Below, piece after piece: positions 37,320 to 47,551 of a stretch of DNA of 64,000 bases. A model generated the notes under the pieces. It did not search any database, was not told the DNA's origin, and saw only the letters and a list, made by a program, of their open reading frames with translations. This DNA is from Calcarisporiella thermophila CBS 279.70. Its lineage: Eukaryota; Fungi; Calcarisporiellomycota. A program made the position numbers and the translations under genes. The DNA lies in the NCBI RefSeq assembly GCF_041956535.1, contig NW_027192196.1:328921-392920 (forward strand), given 5' to 3'. How positions within the stretch are numbered: the first letter of the stretch is position 1; every line of letters begins with the position of its first letter.

Positions 37320-38536
37320 TTACATGATAATCACAAGGAATAGAAGAATAATAAGAATAATTATGAGGAAGCAGATGCAGTAGGAAGATTTTGAATCTGA
37401 TTTCAGCATGGTATTAGCAGGTGGATAATAAATTTAGAAATCCCAAGAACGAACCTTCATTCCGCTTTAGAAAATCTTTGACTCGCCGCAGAGCTCCCTT
37501 GAGCTTGTCTTGAGTCTTCGAAACTGTGTCGTCAAGTTCGCTGAGAATTCTATAAATGGTGCCAGCTCGAATTAATTATCTGCCCTGAAAACACAATAGA
37601 TATAAAAAAGCCTCTCTAAACAAAAAAGACTACCCATGTTGGAGCTCAAGCTCATCTCCCATGTCTAGTGCCATGTGCCTTAATCGACCAACCGTACCCG
37701 ACACATGCTCTAGTTCCTCGTCTTGCTCTTGCATCAAAACCTAGAGGCAGAGGAACAAAAATATGGATATGAACATCGTGGAGATCACAGCGAACTAAAG
37801 GTGTATATCAGATCGCCTGTAGGTACCATTTGGTGTTGTTGCTCATTCTCAATGAAACGTTGGTTGCTTGATACATATTCCTGGAATGCCTCGGATTTTT
37901 TGGTGTCTCTTTGTCTACTTCCACTCCCTGTGCTCTGCAAGACAATGAAGCAAAAGGTGAATATAGGAAAATACTCCCTATTTAATTAAAAAACACGTGC
38001 TTTATCTTGTCTACTCCTTCGCGAAGGGTTATTCAAGGTATATTTCATGTCTTCCACTTGTTTCCTTACTCGATCGATAAAGTATCGCCTCGAATCAATC
38101 TCTTGAAATGATAGGTTAAACTTCTCTGGATTCTCTTCTACAACCTGTATCTTCATGAATCAATAGGATGACACGGGTTAAGGATCATCAAACGCAAATG
38201 AATATAAACTTGCATATTGCATCATTTTTGGATGAAAAGGATATTTATTGTATCTTCCAAATCGGCGAGATCACTTTCGATAGACCCTAACTGTACCATG
38301 AGATCTTCCGCGGAGCCTTTAAGTTCCTCAGAGTCAGAAGAAGACATTTGAAATATTCTATTCCATGATTCGAAGAGAGTGATAGCATTGGAGAGCGATT
38401 GCTCAACCTCGCTAAAATATTCGATAATGATCAATAATTAGCAATTACGAATATTAATGGAGTTGGATAAAGTGGGCTCAGAGCATTAAAGAAATTTATA
38501 CCTTTTCACCGTAAAAAATGGGTCATTAGACATCAT
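37320..38536 (-). CDS. TLG1: Qc-SNARE Tlg1/syntaxin-6, multi-exon, including an AT-AC intron
   Basis: 'DPFFTVKSEV', '[21 protein letters not shown]', SNARE motif '[24 protein letters not shown]', and a C-terminal TM. Confidence 0.93.
38147..38244 (-). other. U12-type (minor spliceosome) AT-AC intron, 98 nt, phase 1
   Basis: 5' ATATCCTTT, branch TCCTTAAC (38184-38177), 3' ...GATAC. Removal restores ATA A|AG GTT GTA GAA (I-K-V-V-E). Confidence 0.9.
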
Positions 38537-39181
38537 TTTTCTTTAATCGGCCTTCAATCAAACTTATTCAACCTTGCCATATAGAATCAACCTTTAAAAT
38601 GCTATGGATTTGCTGCGCCAACGGTGGCAATACTTAGCTTTAAAAATCTCAAAAATGTATTGAAGAGAGACGATCGAAAAAAAAAACTCTCCTGCCATTT
38701 TATATTTTCAACTAAAATATAATCCAGATAAAATATTGTCATATAAAATATAATCCTTGAGTGTATTTTTTTTTGAACTGCTTTGTTCTAGGATTGTACT
38801 CTATTTATCGTTTTGCCTTGTATTATTTATTAACCATCTCACGTCTTGCTCGCTTTTTTGCATCCAAACCTCTTGACCCATCTCTCTACTATGTATTTGA
38901 TTAGACATCCTTCCGATAGTTGCTACAATGGCATAGAAGAAAAATCTTGTAAAAACTAAATAAAATAGAATTTACAATGTACAATTGTAACAGAATATCC
39001 GCAAAAAAATTCTTTTTGGGAACTGAAGATATCGAGACTCTCAAGAATTTGTGAAGTATTAAACTACAACGATTTCACATTTCTGGATATCATCGGGCCA
39101 GAGATAAACTCGAGAATATACTCTCCATCATAATTGGTTATATTCACAATGTGGTTTGAAAGATACATTAAATACAAATCG

Positions 39182-40399
39182 CTAGACGAATTTCAGCTCT
39201 ACGTTGCCCATTTGGCTAGTGAGACGGCAGCTCTGAGGACCTTGACCCCCACGCTGGCCTACCTTTCGACTGTCTGTGTTCGTCGAGTAGAAGACATTTG
39301 CATCATTGATTATGGCTCGTCCCAAAAATGGTTTGGTTTCGATGTCAATGCTACCTCGAAAATGTGAAGGCTAGGTTCAAAAGATTTGATTAATAAGATA
39401 TTCAACTTTTTTTTCTCTGATAGCACCTACCAACTCGAAATAGCCTTGGCCTGTTTTTGTGCTGCCCGATATTGAAACTTGAGCATCGGCTGGGTACTTC
39501 CAAGTCATCTCTATCTTGCCAGTATTTGTGCTAATTATGTTTTCGCCTTGCGATACAGCGACATCACCCTTGATCTCACCAAGGTCGCTTAAGCCGGAAA
39601 TGGATTGAGCTTGTACATTCTAGTGGTGATTGCGTAGGAAATTATTGAAATAAGAACTCCAATAATTAAGGTCAAAGGGGTTACTTACGCTAAAATTAAT
39701 CTCCCCCACATTGGTCTTCAAACTCATCCTACCAGTTATATTTACATTCGACACCTCCCATGATCCAACATCACCTTTCACATCTACGTTCTGGAATCCT
39801 AGAGGAAGGTATATGCGCAATTTGGTTCGCATACATCCTAGCCTACCATGTGACCCTTTGATGCGATATATATTACCGTTCTGCTCCACAGACACATCAA
39901 CTACGTCCGAGGATCGGTATATTTTAACCATGGCGGTGTTTCCCGATGCATTTGTGATATATCCCTTAAAATTATCCCCTAAATCGCCCAAAGAAAACTC
40001 AAGATTTGGGTAGGTTGCTTGGTCCCATTGCATAGTGAGAGGATGGCTATCGATTGATTCAGGATCCTGCTGGATAAGACAGCCACGACGAAAACCAAAT
40101 TTAACCACAATCTAAATGAATAACCATGTCAACTTGATAAACTCAGTTCCAGTAGAACATCCCATCTTCACTTACTGGGGCTATGATGGCAATGGCTATA
40201 ATGACGGCTAAAAATCCAACTATCCATTTAAATGCCCTAGGAGTGCATCCTCCGAAACAAAATTTTAAGTATCGCTTGGCTATATCAGAATTGCAAGTAT
40301 TATAATCAGAGAGCTTCACAGAGCAGTTTTTATGTGCTTACGTTTTGCAGCCGGGATGTAATAAGCTTGTATCGGCGTTGGTACATTTGGATCGTACAT
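39182..40399 (-). CDS. Single-pass type II membrane protein with a DUF4097/adhesin-like beta-rich ectodomain (paralog A)
   Basis: TM 'WIVGFLAVIIAIAIIAP', then repeats such as 'KTNVGEINF', 'STNTGKIEM' and 'TSQMGNVEL'. Confidence 0.65.
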
Positions 40400-41503
40400 T
40401 GAGAAATAATAAAAGTGTATGGTATAATCGATGTAAAGATGTGTCTTCTCCATTCTATTTAAATATCTGGTTCCTCTTCAGGGACAGATCCATTTATTTG
40501 TGGCTGTGAATTTACTCTTGGCAACAATTATCCATAGATGGTATATTCTGCAATCATGTCGCATTTATAATACCAAGTAAGCAAATCAAAAATCTCTTCT
40601 CGAATACGTATGCGAGAGAACCTTAAATTCTTATTGCAGCACAAAGAACAGTCATCTTATATTTCCACTGAATAAGGTTCTTTTGAATAATGCATCATTA
40701 TTCCCAGAAATAAAACCACACCTTGACCTTCGGGAAAGATCGAAACACTAAACGTGCATTTCATATATATGGCTCATTTCTCAACTACTATCTTTGGCTA
40801 TAACTTTCCTTTCTACTAAGCCACTGTTATTTATAAATATATTATCACTGGTTAGATAAAATTATGTACAAACCCTCCTAGTTCAAAAAGAACTAACATG
40901 TGCACAGATATTCGTAAATAGGATAAGAAAATTTTGTTTATGGTTAAAATAATCACGATAGTGTTGTTTCGATAGTGTTGTTAATAAAGACTAGAAATAG
41001 AACAGAGAGGTCAGAAAGTAGTTTATGAGTAGTTAACATAGCCTGCATAGAGTAGTCTGGATATTCATTATATTAGGCGACGCAGCTTGATCTGTTTTCT
41101 GTAATAGCCATGCTTCTTTTCTGTTTACGGACGGATACGATAGAGTCAAATGTTATAATGACGTGCAGAGAAGATATAACCATAACCATTGGCGACATAT
41201 TAAACCCCATGAAATGAAATAAGCGCTATTACGAGTGAGTTGGTAGGTATCTAAGAAGCTACTCACAAGAATATTATTTACGAGGGGATGAACGAGATTA
41301 TTATAAGGAAAATATTTATTACGGATAGAAGGAAAAATATAAAATATCTGAATATCTAATCATATTTCCTTCTAAATAGACCTTTCTAATAAGATTTTCA
41401 ATTATTGTTAAGAATATTGTGAACTATTACTAAATTTAATTATAAGAAACGTAAAGATGAAAGCGATGACATGTGTCTGGTGCCAACTCTAAACCGTCGG
41501 ATT

Positions 41504-41746
41504 TTAATGGTAATATCCGTATCCATCGTTAGGAGGTGGACGAACCACTGGACCACCCTGGTAACCAGGGTAAACTGGGTAAACTGGGTAAGGTTGCGGA
41601 GGAGGAGGAGGAGGATACAACAGCGCATGCTTCTTTGCAAGGAGCAAAGCAAGCAGACCTAGGGTTCGTTTCTCGTGAGCCGGAGCGGCTTCAGTGGTAG
41701 CCACAAGAGCCAGGACAGCAGAAACAAGAAAGGCAGTAATCTTCAT
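41504..41746 (-). CDS. Small secreted prepropeptide (signal peptide, Kex2 KR site, Pro/Tyr/Gly-rich mature peptide)
   Basis: MKITAFLVSAVLALVATTEA-APAHEKR-TLGLL...; intronless, with a TATA-like TATAAA ~100 bp upstream on the minus strand. Confidence 0.8.
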   Translation of the reverse strand: MKITAFLVSAVLALVATTEAAPAHEKRTLGLLALLLAKKHALLYPPPPPPQPYPVYPVYPGYQGGPVVRPPPNDGYGYYH

Positions 41747-43371
41747 GATGAAATTAAATGACCGTGTGGGGTTTAAACGACTGGGAGTGTTGTTATAGAG
41801 TGGTTGAGTTGAGTGAGATGCTTTTCTAAAGAATAACCACCCCTTTTTATACCCATGATGAAGGTCCGAAGTTTAGCACTCGTTAACATCATCTAATATA
41901 CTTGGTTTCAGTCCTCGACACTTTCAAAGCGTAGCATTAGCCCTGGTGTATAAATCTCAATTGGTCCGAGTTTCGAATATAATTGCCCTGTATTGTTGCC
42001 ACGGTTTTGTAAGCATTAAGGTATTTTGCCAATTTAGGAATTATGTATTATTTCAATGCTTATCGAGGGCGCATTCCATGTTTGAAAATTCTATTACACT
42101 ATCACTTCACTACTGAAAGAAGCAAGCTGGCCACCACTTAGGATATCTTAAATCGAACGTTGAAGGGTTTTAAAATGAGTTTTATTAACACTTCTCAGGA
42201 TATATTGCTGAGGGACAACGAATTGGCCTATATTTACTTTTAATTCTCATACTCGAGTATTAATGTATTTTCACGCCAAAAAACTGAATAAATAATAGAA
42301 ATACATTAATATCAAAATTAAGCTATGAGCGCGAACGGGGTAGTTGGTCATATCAGCGTTGGGATTGTTTCCCTTGGTACGACACTGTCAAGGTAGGGAA
42401 TACCGCAAATGCAAAGCGCACGAGACAATGGGCACTGCGCAGAGCACATTGACCATGTCTTTTATTTTGAAACCTGATCCGTGGAATATTACTAAATTTG
42501 GTTAGAGAAACTAGCCTTATACACGAGGAATTGTCGGCTGTTTAACCCGCCCTCATTATGTAAACTTATACTCTCTAAGCCATTAGAAGAGGCTCTCTTG
42601 TATCGCGGTCCTGAAATTTAATCGACATTAGTCAGTTTAAGAACAAAATATAAAAACGCTTACCCTACACGAATCAATCAACACCAGCCTGCTATTTCAT
42701 TCTTGAGTTCAGCCATTCTTTATGTGAGCACTCAACCATATCGGATAGTGTCTTCGGCAAAGTAATAGAAGTTTATAATCTAATGCAGTTAGTTTGCCAA
42801 ATCAGCCAAATAAAATAATGTCATGAATAAAATATTAAGACGATTCAATTGACCGATGATTATTCAATTTCTCTCAAGTCATCGCCAGGAAGGATTAGGA
42901 TTTCCTTTTGACATATTAGTTGAGTTGCTAGTGGCAATCTAGATAAAAAGTTCCAAATTGCCTTTTTAAGCCACATTCAATGTATAGGATGAATACAAAT
43001 ATAAAAGTATATCGCGAACATTCGCATTTATATATATTTGACCTTGCATTGTATATTGTATATTGATAGCGTGTGTTCAGAGTTGTTTTACTTCTAATAC
43101 TCCTGATCCGTCATCCATGCAAGATATTCGGCTTCGCATTTTAAAGTTGATATATGGTCTTTATCACATAATAATTGCTCTTTCTATGCACGCGGTAGGG
43201 ATTTATACGAGTTCAGATATGCAACTTTTAATACATACAGGTAGCCTATAAATACGCGCAAAAAAAGAAAATATAGAAGAGAGATAAAAACAAGATACAA
43301 ACTGTACAATATCCCCTATACATAAAAATAGATAATATATACAAAATAATATTGTGCACATAAACATGTTT

Positions 43372-44088
43372 TCAAGCTCCAAATTTTTTGGGTTTGAAGC
43401 TCTGGCTGACATACAACTCAAGCTTCTTGGTTTCACTGTTAAGATTGACCAGGGCTCGGTCGAGATCAGCATCACTCAGCAGTGGAGTGAGATTGCGAGT
43501 GGTAGAGTGGCGGTAGAAGAGCACTCCCATGACTTCGGTCCCCAAGCAATCCATCACGACACAGCAGAGCTCGTCGTAAGTAACGTCGAGCGGCAGACGT
43601 GCGACGAAAATATCCTCCACCGTGATGATTTTGACCCGGAATCGGGTGCGATCCGCATCGGTCTTTTGGAACGGGGTATTAGATCCTACCTTCTCCGTCG
43701 AAGCAACTCTGCTAGGTTTTTGAGATGGGGCCATATCATCGTCCCACACGAATGTACCAGAATCAGCACGTTTGCGTCGCGCAAACTTTTCGACTACCTG
43801 GAAGTAGTGAGCCGGTACCAGGCCTCGCACGTTCGTCAGAGGGTTACTTGCCTCATACCAGTAGGGGTTATACTCATGAAGCACATGAAAGAAATCCCCT
43901 TGCCGAAAAGAGAGCTCTCCACGTTCTGGGTGCGGGGCACGATGGTCGCAAAGTGCCTTGATGACCTTTTGTGGAGCTCCAATGGAAGGGTCGTTCCGAA
44001 TAGGGATGCTGATTGGGAGGGAGATACGGTCCTTGGATACTTTGCTTTTCTGGCCTGAAAAGCGTCTAGTCCCTAGAGTGACGGTCAT
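43372..44088 (-). CDS. Bem1/Scd2-like SH3 + PB1 protein lacking the second SH3 and the PX domain, intronless
   Basis: SH3 'KVIKALCDH..ELSFRQGDFFHV..WYEASNP..RGLVP..YFQ' and PB1 'RVKIITVEDIF..SDADLDRAL..KLELYV'. Confidence 0.8.
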   Translation of the reverse strand: MTVTLGTRRFSGQKSKVSKDRISLPISIPIRNDPSIGAPQKVIKALCDHRAPHPERGELSFRQGDFFHVLHEYNPYWYEASNPLTNVRGLVPAHYFQVVEKFARRKRADSGTFVWDDDMAPSQKPSRVASTEKVGSNTPFQKTDADRTRFRVKIITVEDIFVARLPLDVTYDELCCVVMDCLGTEVMGVLFYRHSTTRNLTPLLSDADLDRALVNLNSETKKLELYVSQSFKPKKFGA

Positions 44089-45525
44089 TATGCTCAGAGT
44101 GAAGCAGAGAAACGGAGAAAAGTATGGACAGGTATATTTTTGATTTTGTCTGCTCAGGGTTGTCTGGGCGCAGAAGAGCAGACATTTTCTCATGAAAGAT
44201 TAATGACGGCTCTTTATATTTTCCCAAAGGTGATAAATTCATTCACCGATGTTGCACAAGTATGAGGAAAAAAAAGGGCTTACATAAAAAATAGAGTTAG
44301 CAGATCTTATTCAATATAGAATAAAATAAGCTGAAATATTGATGACAAAATCCCTTCCGTATTCCCCCCTACATATAGAGTAAAGAACTTAACTAAAAAA
44401 ATGGGTTCGCGTGATTCAACTTGATTTCTCATGTCGGTTTTTATGAAACGTCAACACCTTTCAGAATTGGACCAGGGGAAATTCCTTGTGGAAGGGGGTT
44501 GAGCGCTAGAGTTTGGGCGGCAAACAATATCTTTGGTGAAGCTATGGGTAACCTTCAACCAAAAGGCGGATCAAAGATACAGTACCCAAGCCTGATATTA
44601 CTGATATAAGAAGCATTGCAAGGATGAGTTGTGTAGAAATAGCGTTGATTTTATGTTGATGCTTCGTTGATGTAAACTTGGGAAGAATCAGCAAACTTAT
44701 TCGGCTTTAAACTGCCGGTGGCAAAAGGAGGCGCTTGGTAAGATGAGAAATGCGTGGGTCATTGTAAAAGCTTGATTACCATGCCTCCTTGAATTGGATA
44801 GTACTGTGATGTCTACAGTCAAAAATAAACTTTATCTCCTTCTCTATTCCTCTTTCGCAGCTCTTCGGAATACGGCCAAGTTGCACATCCAGCCTCCCAA
44901 GTTTCTTAGAGTCACGCGCTTTCGTCACCTTCTCTCACCTTATCTTCCAGTTTTAACTAAAAATGAATAGACCCAACAGTCCTAGCCAGATTTATTTCAA
45001 CTCTAAGAAAATGGGTGTAATTGTCCTCCCACTCCCCCAAGAAACCAACTCTTCTCTTTTATATTATACAACATTCAGTTCACTGCGTTTCCGACCATCC
45101 ATTATGGCTTAATGGCTGAGAAAACCTATTTTTATTGTCTTATTTTCTTGCTAAACATGAACCATGTATTTATTAAAGAAATAAAATAACATAGACGACG
45201 ATGGGAGGGACTTATAGCAGAATAAGCCTTTAACTGTTTACTTCTTTTAGAGTCGATATGAATGAAAGTATAATCTTTCCCTGCTCCACAATTAAAATAT
45301 CCTGGGAGGATAGGTGAAGGGATTTACGCTGTACCACAGAAGGTGAGAATTTTCTTGATCATGCTTAGAGGCTGATTCATTGTAGCATTGGCCGCAGCCT
45401 CACAGCCTAGGAGTCATCGGCCTATGGACTTCACCCAATATTTCCAGTGGTCAATTTCGTTCTATCAACTGAGTGAATCAACTCGGAAATTTGGAGGGTG
45501 CAAATTACAAAAAAACTAAGGAATC

Positions 45526-47188
45526 ATGAGCAGATTGGTCTCGAAAACATCTCCTCCAATTCCATTAGAAAAGTTTCATAGTTCCCCACCACCACCATAT
45601 GCACCGCCCAATCCTTATTATAATTATGCAAGTACCAGTGACCTCACTCATTCACTAACAGATGAGCATCCATCCTTAGCACAATCGTCACTTCCCACAC
45701 CTCTACCCTCCTCACAAGAACGCTTTTCCTACGGAATTGATCAAAAGTATCCAAATGCTCCCACCTTTGAAACATTAGAAAACGTCCCAAGAATTCCACC
45801 CGTTAGTGAAGATTTCAGAGAAGAACATGCTCCTTCTGCACCTACCTTAGTGAACGAGATCCCGAATGTACCATTGAAGGTCACGGATGATCCCAAACAC
45901 ACCAGCGATGTATGGGGTGCCCCAAAAGGTATCAACCGATCAAATTACAAGGAATATGATATGCTCTATCTAGAGGAAATTCCATTCTTATTCGACTGTA
46001 AATAATAATTGCGTTGGTGTATAATAGGAAAACGTGTTTGTCAGTTTTTTTGGGGGGGGTGCAGTCGAAAAACATTTATTATTATAATTTCTATTGTGTC
46101 AGTGATAATTGTGGCCGGAGTGATAGTAGGAGTGAGTTGCTATATTCAAATATTTCAATATAGCTCGGAATTGACACAATAGTATGTCGTTACATTATAG
46201 GCTCTCTATGGCGGGTACAACAGTTACTGTGATGGTCTGAACACAGACAAACAAGAGATGAATCCTTTAGTTTTCGACTGGGATCCTGTGCGGTCACCAT
46301 ACCTTGAGCTACTACTTAGTAGGTTCTCTAGAGAGCTCTACGCCACTATTTCTCCCTCATCAGATGCTTTAGCGCACATACGTTTGACTCGCTCAGAAGC
46401 CTCTATGCAATTAACCTTCGCTGAATCCGGAAACCATGTACGAGTGATGGCAACATCTTCGGCGCCAAGCGACTTTGATTTCTCTCTCCCCTTTAAGTGC
46501 CACAAAGCGATGCTTCACGTATGGCTTCCACCCAACATTAATAATGTAACGGTGGAGTATGGTATGTCAGGGGAATGGGTGATTAACGCCACCAATGTAG
46601 AATTTCTAAAGATGCACATCACTGATTCATCCGTCTCATTTAATGTAGGCGATTATTTATTCTTGCATGATTTTTGAACTTATTTTAACCTCTTTTAATT
46701 TTTTTTGATTTAATTGTCTCTAGAATGCTGAAATTCAAGCAATTGATGTAGCAAGTCTCTCGGGAGAGATCAGTGGTAGTCTCAGAGTCGGCAACGGTAC
46801 GCAACGAGTGAGGACAGACACAGGTGAGCAACGACTACACATGAACTTCTCATCCTATGATGCTGTCGCGATCATGGGGAGCTCCTTATCAGGAGAAGTT
46901 AGCTACCGATTAGTAAGTGATGCCTATTTTTCATTACTCCATGCTTTTGTTTAAACCACTTCTTATTGGTATGCTTGTCTTGAATAGTCGGATGACTTCA
47001 CCGGACCATTTGAAGTCTCCAGCACAAATGCTTATGTCGAGATGTTGACAGCCAAGAACATCAGTTATAAGGAAAACTTCAAGAACAGCAAAAAGGGCTT
47101 CCATCAGGGCGATGGCAATGGCAATGCTTCCCAATCGTGCAGCGTTTATTCTGAAGACGGCATTGCGAGACTAGGATTTTTTGAATGA
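45526..47188 (+). CDS. Single-pass membrane protein with a PPxY/PSAP-bearing N-terminus and a DUF4097-like ectodomain (paralog B)
   Basis: 'PPPPY', 'APSAP' and TM 'FIIIISIVSVIIVAGVIVG'. The ectodomain aligns with paralog A. Confidence 0.65.
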
Positions 47189-47551
47189 GAATTTTATTAG
47201 ACAACCTTTCACTTTTCATTGTACTCCTTTATTTATATCATTTTCTTTATTATTACAGTGTTTTCCATAATTTTATATTTGGTATTCCTCTTCACTCCTC
47301 TGTTCCTTTACCACCTATTTTTCTCCTCCTGACATGTAGTCAATTCATTGTAAATAAGAGATTTTTTGGCAATATGTTCATGTCTATTTGCCAATTCCAA
47401 ATTTGCCGCCAAACTTTTTATTTTTGACCCTCATTGATTATATTGTCTCTACGCTCGCATGAATATATATTGAATTTTGTTAACGCGAACATAAGAAATA
47501 ACTATAATATAAAATGAATAAAATATGCTAAATAATTCCCAGTAGGATGGG

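Noticed and set aside
40956-40982. 13-bp tandem duplication (CGATAGTGTTGTT x2)
   Set aside because: Simple slippage duplication, with no element ends or intervening sequence.
42468-42495. AACCTGATC resembling a TPP riboswitch core
   Set aside because: Lacks the upstream CTGAGA and the downstream TAATNCCNGCG elements, and no thiamine gene is nearby.
43354-44058. 234-aa plus-strand ORF
   Set aside because: Antisense shadow of the SH3-PB1 gene, with no recognisable motifs. The other overlapping antisense ORFs (e.g. 36148-36651, 25054-25518) were rejected likewise.
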